A stretch of DNA of 64,000 bases. Source: Mizuhopecten yessoensis (taxonomy: Eukaryota). The notes beneath the pieces are model-generated. The model ran no database searches, was not told the origin of the DNA, and saw only the letters and a program-made list of their open reading frames with translations. Below, one piece after another: positions 26,757-39,840 of the stretch. The stretch lies in NCBI RefSeq assembly GCF_002113885.1, contig NW_018408920.1, positions 832,308-896,307 of the forward strand, read 5' to 3'. The translations under genes and the position numbers were made by a program. The first letter of the stretch is position 1, and every line of letters begins with the position of its first letter.

Positions 26757-28391
26757 TCAAACAGACTCAAGGCGCCAGTGAGACGTAGAACCGGTATCCT
26801 CGGTTACGGCAGTGCCTACTTTCTTCTTGGCTGAAATATACTTAAACAGAAGTATAAGCAAAGAGGTGATGGGAATTAAGCTACACCCTCCTGCCACGGA
26901 CGCTACGATGATGCCTGTTGAACCCCAAGCCGCCTCTGTTGACCCTTGATCAGTTTGGCCGAAGTCTGGTATAGGTTGTTGTGACGGCTGGGATATCACT
27001 GGTGTCATTTTTATAGAGATTTGCTTCAAAGACTTTGTCTTTGCAGAAAACGTTTGTGATGTTGAAGAAATTGGTACTGCTGATGTAGGTTTTCTTGGTG
27101 TTGAATGTTTTCCCGCCGTTTGTGGCTTTTTATCTTTTTGCACAGTTGTGGCTTGTAGCTTGGTTGGCGACGGCGTAAGTGTCACATGTAGCCTCGTGGT
27201 CGTGTCGGTGGTTGATGGTGGATTCGTCGTTGTTTCAGTTGCTTGAACATCAACACTGAAGTTTCTCTTGACCATACCCTCTGAGTTTGATATTTTCAGT
27301 GTCCACATTCCACTGTCTAACAATGAGGTCGACATCACATGTAAAGATCCATTTTCATAAACAGAAAGCGACCCTAATGTCGTATTATATGGATATAGCA
27401 GGGATTTTCTGGGAGTTTTCCACTCTATAAAAGGGAAAGGATCTCCCGTTATATTGCACGACATTGTCAAGGTGTCTCCCAATTTTATGTGTGTTTGTAT
27501 CTTGTCACAATCGATGATTTTCGGTGGCTGACATTTCAAGTCGGAACCTGCGACCCGCGAAAGTGGTATGTATTGAAGCGGGCTGGGTCCATCACAAATT
27601 ATAGCGTCTGTTATATTACGGAGAGAAGGATGACTCTTTAAAATCTTCATATTGCAATTGCATTCCCATGAATTACCGCCAATATATAATGTCTGTAGCT
27701 TAGAAATAAATTCCCATACTTGTTCATCCAACGCTATCAATGAGTTTGAGGAAATATCTAAAACATTCAAATTAGGAAACAAGTTCATATGAAGCTCACC
27801 TAGATGCTTGATTGAATTGCCGTGTATGTCCAGAACTTTCAATCGGGTTAAACCGTGGAAAACATTAACATCTAATTCCTGCAAATTGATCTCACCTATA
27901 TACAGTTCTTGAAGCAAAGGAAGATCCCGGAATGTTCCATCACTGATTTTGATACCCAGATTACCAGACAAATCAAGAACTTCCAATTTCGAAAGTCCAG
28001 CAAATGTTTTAGGTCCGATCTGTTGGATGTTGTTGTGGTTCAGCCGCAGTTGCCGGAGTTCCTTGAAGTTACTGAACGTATAATCGTCGAGAGCCTCGAT
28101 TTCACTAAAACTAAATGAAATATGTCGGAGTTCGGACATATTCGGTAAGTCGGCCGGACGAACACGTTTAAAGCTATTTTGTAACGTCACATTCCCAGCC
28201 AGATGTAACGACTTGGTAAGTTCCGAAATGTCTTTTGGGATTGTTTGAAGACCAGCATCGCATGATACAATGACGTTGAATTGACATCGGCACATGGTCG
28301 GACACACATAAGACCCGGATGTAAAGCAAATGTTCATCATTATCAGGTATATTGTTACATTTAAAAGCGCTCGCAGAATATCCTTATGCAT
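26757..28391 (-). CDS. Intronless LRR-Ig type I membrane protein with Ser/Thr-rich stalk, paralogue 2 (544 aa)
   Basis: Signal peptide, CPTMCRC LRRNT, ~8 LRR units colinear with paralogue 1, NSWECNC LRRCT, Ig (C-x3-GDPFPFIEW), S/T-rich stalk, TM, short tail ending LESV. Confidence 0.93.
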   Translation of the reverse strand: MHKDILRALLNVTIYLIMMNICFTSGSYVCPTMCRCQFNVIVSCDAGLQTIPKDISELTKSLHLAGNVTLQNSFKRVRPADLPNMSELRHISFSFSEIEALDDYTFSNFKELRQLRLNHNNIQQIGPKTFAGLSKLEVLDLSGNLGIKISDGTFRDLPLLQELYIGEINLQELDVNVFHGLTRLKVLDIHGNSIKHLGELHMNLFPNLNVLDISSNSLIALDEQVWEFISKLQTLYIGGNSWECNCNMKILKSHPSLRNITDAIICDGPSPLQYIPLSRVAGSDLKCQPPKIIDCDKIQTHIKLGDTLTMSCNITGDPFPFIEWKTPRKSLLYPYNTTLGSLSVYENGSLHVMSTSLLDSGMWTLKISNSEGMVKRNFSVDVQATETTTNPPSTTDTTTRLHVTLTPSPTKLQATTVQKDKKPQTAGKHSTPRKPTSAVPISSTSQTFSAKTKSLKQISIKMTPVISQPSQQPIPDFGQTDQGSTEAAWGSTGIIVASVAGGCSLIPITSLLILLFKYISAKKKVGTAVTEDTGSTSHWRLESV

Positions 28392-31300
28392 CTCCGGAAG
28401 TTATTCCAATTGAAGAATCACTCTGTTATAAAGTCCAATCGAGTTGATTTTAAGGAAAACTTTTATGTTCAATGTTCAAAATAAGATTTTCAAATTGAAC
28501 AATTCATGCGCTGAGAAGAATAAAAAAACGTTACAAACTATTAACAGTTGTTCTTATGTTAAATGTGATATGCGCATGTATAGTATTGTCTATCATATAC
28601 TGAGCCAGAAATGAAAATATCTGACTACGACTCATATTTATACTGGTTCAGTTTGACGCGTAATGTCTAAATTTAATATGATTGTTTTACCTATGTAAAT
28701 CGATATATACACATCTACATAACCGTGTCCTGACGAATAATAGCTATCATATCGATAGCAATGTCGTAAATCAGTCACAGGAATGGCCGTTATCACTTTG
28801 ACGGGTTAAAAGTTTTCAAGATATGTCATCTTAGGTGTGTTTTTAATTTAATTTTGTGAGCATTCAAAGAATTGTGGGTGTATAAAGAATTGTGGGTGTA
28901 TAAGTAAAGAAAAGAAATATGTTATATGAAGCACGGGTTATTTTATCGACGAAATGAAATTCGAAATAAATGAAAACAAAGCTGCTTTTCAGACAGAATT
29001 AACGACATTCCATTGTATACGTAATTAATTAAATAGTTATATTTTTTCATATATTTCAAACTTTTTATATTAAAGCTAACAATTCTTTCTACCAGGTGTG
29101 CCTGTTCCGAGATTTCTGACGAGTATTTGTTTGTCTTATCCGAAGTGGGATAGAACTAATTTATTTACAAACAGGAAATTACATGATGTAATGTCAAGAA
29201 TAAACAAGAAAATCATGAACGATCAACTTCTGTTGTATTTACTCACAAAATGTGAACTGTTAGCGTCGGTTAAACGGAAATCTGTTATTTATAAAGTATA
29301 TTATATATCTAAAAGTAAAGAAAAATACCGATATATGTTATCATTAAATGATTAGCATATCGACATGGTCAATGGTGAAGTCTATATTGTTGATTGACAC
29401 GGATGGTGGGGGCGTTGTGATTCAGTTAAGATTGATAGAATAATTGATAGACGTATTATAATGCTAGATAAATTGTATTTCTACATAACTACGTTGAAAT
29501 TTTTTGGAAGTCTCACAATTACATTACGTTGGTCTGTTGTGTTAGCTCTTTAATCCATCCCTACGCACAATCCTCTCTTCCACCCACCCTCTACCGGTAG
29601 TACCCTGACATGCTCGGGGATTGGGTAGGAGCAAAGGTATGCTTGGTCTATCACGATTGAATATTGTTAGTGTAGAATTTGAAGAGATTAGATTGGACCG
29701 AATTTATCCAATTTAATTACGTTTTCTCCGTTCCAAAGGACGAAAAGTATGTTTGTAATATGGTACAGAAACAACGTAAGTTGTTGTATAGATATTTTCT
29801 TTAAGTTTGATTTATAAAAAGTATACTTATTGTATTTTTTCTATAAATAATGGTAATCAATGGGACAGTTTTATTGATATATATCGCGGTAATGCATCTT
29901 ATATTATATAATCTATGGCGACTATCCTTTTACACTTTTATAAAGGAGATTTATTATTCATGGCGTAATTACTTTGGTCTTCGTTTTTACAATGTTTTTA
30001 TTAGAATATACGATTTTATCAGTATGCTGTAGTACGTTTGTCTAGAGGATTGTGTTTTGTATGTGTTGCTCGGATTTGCACAATTTTCTGAAAAACTTTT
30101 AATCGGTTTTTTCGTCGGCTGTTTTACAAAGTAATGTGTTTTAACCATTGTTTATCTAATTCAAGTAGTTATCTTTCATTTTAAACTTTGAGAACAAAGT
30201 GAGATAATATCGGGATTATTGTTATGAATTACGGAGTTTATAAACTGTGTTAATCTCTTATGTATTTCTTCCACTGGAGATGGATCTACATAAGATGTAG
30301 AACTAGTTTCCGAGTCCTTTTTCAACAATTGTGTATTTCTTTACATCATACTGTAAATGAAAAAAAAATGAAAAATGAAATAAAGTTTATATTAAATAGT
30401 GCCCCAGTTTGACACGTCCTTGTAATTATTTTACATTTCGGACGCTGACAGTTAAGTGGGATGGGCGGAAGGGGAACTACGAGGTAAAACAGTCTCTGGT
30501 GAAGATTTAGTTTTCGTGTCCAGCCCATTGTATATTTATCATCAATTCTGTCCGAACCACATTTTCTTTCTTTCTTCCTTCCATCCTTCCTTCCTTCCTT
30601 CCATCCTTCCATTCATCCATTTCCATCCAGATTATAACTTGATTGAATTTAAAATATATGTTACAGGGAAGGACTGAAGAGGTTGGTATAATCTGTTTTC
30701 TGTTTCCAACTTTTTTAGCTTTCATATTCGATATAAAAAGGGGGTGGGGGTGGGGGTGGAGGTTGGGTGCTAATGTAGCCACCCGACGTCGGCGTCCCAC
30801 TTCAGATTTTAGTAGGTGTTTAGTTTCATCACAATCAAGAGGCTGTTGAATATTACAAGGTTGGGGTGATGGTAAGGGGAGTAAAGGCAAAGTGCCAAGC
30901 GATATTTTCATATTTCAGGGGCAGTTGAATTACACTTTTTAAGCAAGATTTTTACAGTGCCGATTCATCGCACGCTATATGTTACTATACAAGTTTGGGG
31001 CATTTGTAATAAGTGCAAGCAATATGGTGAACCATATATGAATATTTTATCCCAAAATAACCTAATTGGATTTCTTTGGAGTTTTTGAGCATTTGTTTAG
31101 TGAAATCTTAAATCTTCACAGTCAAGAGGATGTTGACTGTTATAGGTTTGAGACATTTTTAAATAAGTAAGTAATATGCTTAACAATATTTGTATATTTT
31201 ATAATATAACATGTCAACAATATATTGGCAAATCACGCTTTTCTCCTACCGCCCTTGTTTAATATGAGGTTATGTGGTACAACTTGTTTAAAATAGTTTA

Positions 31301-32012
31301 CCACTAAACTATGATTCTCGCTCCTAGTAATTTATATAGAACTCGGGTCGACTTAATACAGCTACATCACTTGCGAGTCACGTCTTTTAAGTCATGACGT
31401 AGTTGACTATCCTCGAAATACCAGGCCTGTAGCGACGGATCAATTTTGAAACCGCAATCGTCCCCAAATGCACGTACAGCAAGGTGTAAAATGAACGGGG
31501 AACCTTAGTGTTGCTTTTAGGCCGAGTAACGCACATTTTGTCTTTTCGCTGTTCCCAGAGAGTGTTTCAATATCTAAACAGAAACGATCGACAAAACCAC
31601 AATTACAATTGAAATATGTATATCCGTGTGTTGTATTTCTTTAAAATAAGAATTGAATTCCCTAAAAGTACATTATTCAGAACATTTATTCAATATATCA
31701 TTAGAAGTTTTTTAAAAATTATTTAACTATATAATTAACATAGCAATAAAGCATCTACATTAAGCAGTTTTGAAACTATGTTGCGGGCGGTAAAAAGTGT
31801 AAGTAATATGCTTAACAATATTTGTATATTTTATAATGATATGAGGTTATGTTTAAAATAGTTTACTAGTAAACTATGATTCTCGCTTCTAGTGATATAG
31901 AATATTAAATTTACTCAGATAAAATATTATCCATGACTTATTTTTTTATTGTGTTGATATAACTATCCGTTACTTCCGATTTGTACTTTGATGAGTTCCT
32001 TGACCAAAATAT

Positions 32013-32300
32013 TATAGTGATACGTACCTCACTGAAAGTGACACACAGTATAGCGATACGTACCTCACTGAAAGTGACACACAGTATAGCGATACGTACC
32101 TCACTGAAAGCGACACACAGTATAGCGATACGTACCTCACTGAAAGCGACACACAGTATAGCGATACGTACCTCACTGAAAGCGACACATAGTATAGTGA
32201 TACGTACCTCTCTGAAAGTGACACACAGTATAGTGATACGTACCTCACTGAAAGTGACACACAGTATAGCGATACGTACCTCACTGAAAGTGACATACAG
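32013..32300. repeat. 36-bp minisatellite x8
   Basis: TATAG(C/T)GATACGTACCTCACTGAAAG(T/C)GACACACAG. Produces 12-aa-repeat shadow ORFs on both strands. Confidence 0.95.
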
Positions 32301-33284
32301 CTTATTTTCTACGGGAAAATTGAACAATGTGTGTAATAGGAATGACATCAACAATGACTTGTATGTAGAGAAAAATGTGAAATCTCATAGACAGAGCGAT
32401 AGAAAATATACTTTTTAACTATAACCAGCGGACACACAGGACAGTTCTCTAAAATGATGCAAACTTGATTAACTGCCTCATTTGTTATGCTCTAATAGAA
32501 GCCACGGGGCCAACGACAGGAGACGTATACATTGAAAGGAAGCCGGGAAAATCGTTGTTGTTCAAGCCTCAATAGATTTTCACCCATTCTAAAAATCACA
32601 GCTACTAATATCACAGAAAATACGTAGGCAATACTTGCTCAAGAGGAAAGGCCGGGCTTATCCGTTCAAGCACTTGGAACGCTATGGTTTAATATTGAAA
32701 AAATAGTTTATGGAATAGAAAAAACGTATTGAAAAATGGGACTAAAACCCCAAGTTTATGAAAATAATCAATCAGCTGAAGTAAGAGGCTGGTGCCAAAT
32801 TTCATCATAAATCATCTTATGCAAATGCAATGTACTTAACGATCACTTGAGCCGGCCACTTATCTACCGGTCTAGTTCTACTCCCGTCTAAAATCATAAT
32901 ATAATATATATCATCACTAATCCTTGGAAATTATTTCGGTGACAATGATTGTTTTGTTAAAGAATGGTTAAACAAACATCATATTGAATCCGAGTGGAAA
33001 CGAAAAAATCCATGTATTCTCAGAATTGTTTGGTTTATTGAAATATTACTCAATAGATTTACCGTGAAATTAAATCGCTCCATGGGAATGTAATTATTTA
33101 TCTATATGTCAACCATTTAACATGTGCTGACGAGATTGATCTCTGAACATACAATTTCAATATATGAGATAAACCAAGAATATATACTTTAAATGTAGAT
33201 AAGGATGTTTGCTATCGATTCCATGTAGATATAAAGAAAGGGAACATTACGTCATCACATGGTGTGTGGTAATAAAACCGTGTA

Positions 33285-36200
33285 TTCACTCCGTCCCATT
33301 GGTGGTCTCCGGATTAGACATGTAATTATTACCCAGGGCGTAGAGCTGACATGTAAACAAATAAGTAGAGCTGCCAGGTATCAACACCTTTGCATTACAA
33401 TGGTATACTGAGATATATAAATATAAAGATTTCATGTACAGTAAATAGCATGCGTGGTTATATAGAGGGATACAGTATAATAGAAACGGAGATGTACTGC
33501 AGTTACATATAATAAATACTTTCATGCAGGGGAACAGACAGATTTTTTTTTTGATAAAAGTACATATTTTTTTTAGGAATGCTTTTCTTTTAGATGACAT
33601 TATAACCTTAAGCGATAATACACTATGACGTCTAATTAACATAGAGGATGTAAACAAATAAGTAATAGCAATTGTATAAACAAAACTCAAGGTTTCAAGG
33701 TTGTATGCGTAACAAGAGTTCATCATTACATAATATCATTATGATCACCATATTACAAATTACAGAATTACACACGTGGATCTTATACAAATACATACAT
33801 ATAAGTTATAGATAGTATCATAGTTCACCAACATTTTTACCGTACATGATTTCTAACTTACTTAAACTTGCACACATTACACAATGCAAAAGTGATACAC
33901 ATCTTATATAGATGTGTTGTATGTGTTGTATGTGTGAGTGTGTGTGTGACAAGTAGGCATGTGGGTATGCAAGTATGTATAATCTTGAGTAGATGTTTAC
34001 ATATTTCAATATTATACATTACCCGAAGTAATCATTCTACTCTCTGAATACCGTGTAATACTACCATCAATGCTTTCATGTTAAAATCTATTTCTCTTTA
34101 TATATAACATTACTATCTATGATATCTATTACTTACTTTATTCACTTTGACTTGTATATATGTGGTACCTATTAGAGAGGACTTATATAGGCTTGCCTGT
34201 TGTCCAATCCATTTGTTTTCTAAACAATAAAATTTGTTGAAATGAAAAAAATATTGTTTGGCATTTAATACAATTTCTTCTATTGTAAAATATTGAAGTA
34301 AGTTTTCTAAGGAATATACAAATATTTGTATACAAGTTAACATGACATATATTGTAGGATTACGTGTATAGTATACTCGAATTAATTTTTCCCTTATACA
34401 CTAACTGAGTTGTTTGGACATTTAAACAAGTAATGGAATTTATCCCCAACAGATTAACGACATAGATTCCCTAGGTACTCCTATCCATCTCCCAGTTTTA
34501 ATTGGGACTTTAAAGTTTCCAGTTCTAAATCTGCATCTTAATATGCGTCCCTTTTTATTAAGTTTCAATAAATAGGGCTCGGGACAAAACTTTGATTCAA
34601 ATAAGGAACATGTTTGACCACGGTCTTAGATAATCTACTCTAATTCCGTGCTTTGACCTCTGCTGCTATTTCCTATATCAGAAAACCTGTTGGAATGTCC
34701 ATACAAAATTCATACCTATATCATTTAAAATCGTTTTCACAGAACGTATCCAATTAAGATTATACCCCTCTCCATGAATTTGTAGCATTATTCTATATAT
34801 ATAGCTGGCAATTTTATCATTATTTGAAATCAATTTATGTCAAAACAAAATTATTCTCACTTTAATTTCTATTTCTAGAGGAAATATTTCACCATTTTAA
34901 TATTAAGTATTCTTTTTAAAAACTGCAGATGGATTGTCTCCAAGATATTAATATTTGCATAGCCCCACATCTCAGCAGCATATACTTATATTGGATTAAC
35001 TAAATATCAAATAATTCCGGTTGTAGATTAATAGGCAAACTAATGTTTCTTATCTTTTTATAAAATTGCTTTTTGTGCTTGCTCAACAATTTTCTTTTTA
35101 ACCTTACCATAGTTCCCCGTATAATTTATAATTATCCCAAGGTATGGATATGAATCTACAATTTCAATTTCACTATCATATAAGGATAATGAAAAAAATA
35201 CACGCATTTTCCTTTTTTGGAAGATTATAAATAAATAAAAAAAAATAACATTAATTTTAAGCCTCCATATTTTACAATAATCATCAAATACATTAAGGGT
35301 TTTTTGTAGACCTTCAGCAGATTCAAATAATATAACTATCACGTATTATCTGCATATAAAAGGATAAATAACTTTATGTATGTACCAATGAAATTCTGGC
35401 AGTGGTCACCAAGGTCTTTGCGCCAATCCAAATAATTTTGTATAAAGTAATCTTCCAAATCATTCAAGTAAATAGAAAATAGGAAAGAGGATAGATTTCC
35501 CCTTGCCTTGATATTACAAACGAAAACATTCCGTGTGTTCCTTTCCATTATTTACACAAGATTTGGTATTATTGTAGAAATTAAAAATGACATTCAAAAT
35601 TTTACCTTTAATATTGCTTTTAAGCAACTTTTGCCATATCCCAATTCACCACACAGTACCAAAGGCCTTCTTAAAATCAATAACAGCACAGTACAGTTTC
35701 TTTATAGATGAAAAATATAGTTCAATTAACGATTGAATTATAAAAATGTTTTCACATGTTGAGTATACCTTTAGAAACCCCGCTTGGTTCCCATGTATAA
35801 GATTTATTTCATTAGATAGTTGGTTCAACCTTTCATTTCGTATCGATGTGAAAAGTTTACCGAGACAAGTGATGAGAGTAATTCCCCTATAATTATCGAG
35901 ATCATTTACATCCCCTTCAATTTTTTAAATTGGTTTAATTAACCCAATAGTCCAGGATTCTGGGATTATATACATGTGTCGGGAGTTATGTTAAAACACA
36001 AAGTTTAACATACATGTATATAGGTAAACAACAGCCAATAGTAGTTTTCAAATATTCATTGAGAATCCCGTCCATTCCACACGCTTATTAGTTATAGTGT
36101 TTATGACATAATCTTAAACGGTAAAATTACTGAAATAGACATAAAAAGACGGCAAATTATTTTACCGTTTAATTGTACCGTTAAACATGGTGTCATTAAT

Positions 36201-37400
36201 ACTATCTTCTATAACTGGTAGCTCAAAGTTTTCAACTTCGTTTTCGTCTGTGTTAAGATTTTAAAGGTAATTAAATGGTTCATTCAATGGCTTATTCAAA
36301 GTATTATTTTAGTTTTTCCCATCAATTCTATTTTAAATGGTTCAGAATTTTTTAGTATCGGTCCTAGCAGTATTTCTTATTTTCCCTTCTTATAATTCCT
36401 GGTATTTATGGTAACACGTTTTCATCGTTTTTTCTATATTCTTTACCTTTTTTTGTTCATACCATCTTATAGGTAAGCTTCGCGTTGTTCAATTCTCGCC
36501 GTTTCCGCGGGCATTCTTTTGATCAATGTACTTCATATTTACCTGTTTTTTTTCGTACCAAACACTGATTTACATGTATGCCGAAATATGTTCTCAATTT
36601 TACTTACGACTTCATCTAACTCTCCCTGATCAGTAATGTTATCTAGGTTTAGCTGTAACCTAGTTGATCTGTATCGTTTTTTGAATGAACTTTACAAAAA
36701 TTTCTTTCAGATTAGATTTCCATTTCCCACCCCGTTCCTGCATATTATCATACTTTCTTGTCTGTTTTAAATTGTTTTGTGTGTTATAGCCACATTCAAA
36801 TTCAACACGGCAGTGTACATCAGACAATACAGTATCAAAATCAAATGCTTATTTTATAATATTGAATAAGTCCGCAGATAAAATCTATATTTTACCAATA
36901 TATTTATCCTGTCCTATCTTCCCATTAGCGATATACAAATTCATGCTTTTACACAGTTCAATTAATTTAAACCCAAAGTTATTTGGTTTGGACTTACTAA
37001 ACCGATCTACCGGTACTTGATGCATGTATATACAAGTAAGCGTTAAGGTTTTCGATCAAACTATGTGCTGGGACACTATAGTCAGGGTGTGTTTAGTTTT
37101 AGCGTTAACATCCCCCAGTAGTGCAATGAGAGTATTTCTTTCCGACGTTAGAATAACATCATTCTCAATTTCAGTAAGCACATCATTATTTACATATTTT
37201 GAATTTTCATCCATTGGACATATTCAACTTCAGTAGAGCGAAATTTAAAATAGCCTTTCAATTTTTCTTTGTAAATAATTACAATACCACCAGATTTTTT
37301 TTACATGATGAGCTATAGCTATATATGTTTTGCATGAAATTAATATTCATTAGTTAAGTACTTTCAAGTATAATAAGTCTATTATCGTTAGATTTGATCA
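33285..37400 (-). mobile_element. Heavily degenerate near-full-length LINE ORF2 (RTEX/RTE-like): endonuclease + RT + 3' UTR
   Basis: Minus-strand fragments SGGIVIIYKE, GDVNAKT, NYRGITLITCLGKLFTSI, NQAGF, DFKKAFGTVW, NLSSFLFSIYLNDL, LLYADNT, YPYLGII. Many stops. Clade and 3' boundary are tentative. Confidence 0.8.
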
Positions 37401-37433
37401 ACTCTACATATTCAGGTATAATAAGTTTAGACT

Positions 37434-38300
37434 TCAACCACAGTCATTTTGAGTCCTTCTGGCCGACCTCTTGTGGCGTATGTTCCTGCGTGTCTGGTTG
37501 ATCTTACGGGGGATACTACCAAACTCCATAAAGACTGTGTCCTGATCTGACAAACCTGGGATTACTTCCAGGCGTTGGACCTGATTTGGAAAGTTTGTCA
37601 TGAGTAAGTCATGTGTGTTGTTTTTCCCAGTTGGTTTCTGTACTAGTTGAGTTAGCCCAAAGTCATCTAACAAATTTCCAAAACCGTAATGTATCTTATG
37701 GTGAATAGTATTGGGTTTTAAAGATTTGGTCTCCCAGTCCCAACCAAGGAGGTTAAAGTCACCCCAACTATAAGAGTGGCATTGCTGATTTGTGAGACAC
37801 GCCCACGGGATGTTTTCAGTCACTGTTGGCTCTCTTCCTTAGAAGTTTTGGGATTGTAGTAAGAACAAATGTGTAAGGTCTTATTACCAATGATTTCTAT
37901 GTTGGCCCATATCAATTCGCAATTATCGGATGGTAATAGTTCCTCTACGTCATCGCTGATGTAGTCTGTTTTTATTGCGATTAGAACGCCTCCTCCTTCT
38001 GTATCAACCTCTGTTATCTTTCTATCATTTCTAAATAGCTTATAATTTGATGGGGACATTTCTGAGTCTTTTATATAAGGATTGAGTCATGTCTCTGTGC
38101 CTATGACTATATCAGGTTTTGTGCTATCTAGGACATTTAGTAACAGATGTTGTTTGTTTTTCATTGATTGAAAGTTAACATTTAGGATCCTTAGTGGGGT
38201 GCTTTGTTTTTTACCTGGACTTTTAGATTCCTGGGCTCCTAGGCTTACCACCTGTACGTTTTCGTAGTCGGTGTACAATTTGGAATTAGATGTCCGTTTC
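37434..38300 (-). mobile_element. APE endonuclease fragment of a second CR1-like LINE
   Basis: ILNVNFQSM, DIVIGTET, FRNDRK...GGGVLIAI, GDFN, DLLMTN, GLSDQ spread over three broken ORFs. Confidence 0.88.
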
Positions 38301-39368
38301 GATCTCCAGGTGCTCCTTCAAAACGTTTTTCAAAACCTCTTCCGGGTTTTTTTTTTTAAGTTTTCAGGTGTCCTTCCACTTCAATTCCAGAGAAAATCAA
38401 ATTGTTCTTCATCGATTGGGTTTGTAATTTTAGAAAAAATTCCTTTAGGTCACCGTTCTCCCTTTCTAGTCCTCATCTGTCTCCCTTCGTTTATCGTTTT
38501 ATATATGATAATTCAGACGACGGACACATTGGTGATGAGATTCAAGGGACACAACTCTTACATATTTCGAAGTAAGTACATACACATTTTTAGTACACGT
38601 TTTTCAATAAATTCATACTATCACGTACTATCAACAGCTAAATGTCATTTAAGCACGTGTACTGATAGAGTATTACCACAATTGTATCATTGTTTGGAAA
38701 GAAAAAAATCATATAGATTTGAATTCAAATGCAAAAGGAAAGAGAAAATGACGTTGAAAAGCCCACTAAAATAATGTACAATGCTTCTAAATTCTTCTCT
38801 CTGGTTGTACGGCTCACATCTATAATCAAATACACAGCTTTTCAAAGTATAATACATAACTGCAAGTGAGTGGAGTTAAAAACTGTTTTGGGATATAAAG
38901 TTTGCTCGAAATCTACATTTGTTGCGGAATACAGAAACAATCCTCTCTGAGTTTGGTAATACTTTACGATTATGATATATCCGTTAAGTTGTTTGTTTCC
39001 ACTGGAAATTGATGCTAACATTTGAAATAAAAAAGAACTGAATTAAATAGGTCAAATTGATTTAACTGAGACGATAAATTGCATTATAAAAATGGCACAT
39101 GTGTCGCCAGGGCCTTCGTTCTTTCGGCGCTCGCATGTGTATGCCGTCTATCTTGGGACGGTCTTTTTTCCAGAGTCAAAACTTCCTGGATCGGCCAATT
39201 TCTTATCGCACTTATAATAAAGGTGTAATTTATTACATTTGTGTATTAAAGATAGTCTCGAACCAGTGTTAAATGTTGTGAACACTTTTAATCCGCCCCA
39301 TTTGCTTGTTTATAAACAAGAGATGTTAAACACAGTACCTGTTTTTTTATGAAAATTGTTTGAAAACA

Positions 39369-39797
39369 TCTTCCCTGGTAAAATACTAGCCACTTCCTAC
39401 CGACTCGACTAGGGAGAATGTCTATTTAGCTTATTCAGTAGAGCGTAAGACTAGTAAACATTACTAAACAAGAGGCCTTGGGTTCGAATGTGGAGGCATT
39501 GAAAAAAAAATATGACTTCTGTTACATCGGCGCCCACGTAGGGACCGGGCAATATTGACAACATACTGTAGCGATACTTAATTGCATAGGAATCGGTAAT
39601 TACCCCTGAAACACTCGGGACGAGTTCTTTCATGAAGGTGGAGTGTGTTACCCTGGTACAAGTAGCCGTTTCCTACCGACTCGGCTAGGGAGAATTTCTC
39701 TTTAGCGTATTCGGTAGAGCGTAAGACTAATAAACCAGAGGTCCCGGGTTCGATTCCTAGCAGAGGCATTGACAAAATAATCGACCTCTGTTATACA
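39369..39797 (+). mobile_element. TRIM (miniature LTR retroelement) family A with tRNA-like boxes in both LTRs
   Basis: Direct repeats ~39369-39526 and ~39646-39797 ending TGTTACA / TGTTATACA. A tRNA-Lys-like PBS TCGGCGCCCACGTAGGGAC follows the first, and purine-rich GAAGGTGGAG precedes the second. Each LTR has A-box-like and GGTTCGA B-box motifs. Confidence 0.78.
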
Positions 39798-39840
39798 TGC
39801 TGCTATTTGAACTGAAGTATTATTATGATCATTTGTAGAG

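Noticed and set aside
26757-26771. Class I PDZ-binding motif at the C-terminus of paralogue 2 (LESV)
   Set aside because: The residue at -2 is Glu, not Ser/Thr. At most a class III-type motif, and it is not shared by paralogue 1.
31167-31895. Duplicated ~100-150-bp block (GTAAGTAATATGCTTAACAATATTTG...) as LTRs of an element
   Set aside because: No TG...CA ends, PBS, PPT or TSD are recognisable. Treated as an unexplained local duplication.
31938-32418. 12-aa repeat proteins on both strands
   Set aside because: Artefact of a stop-free 36-bp minisatellite, with no gene structure.
32420-33100. Possible decayed coding sequence
   Set aside because: Slightly coding-like composition, but no sustained ORF or recognisable motif. 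A TBLASTX search would be needed.
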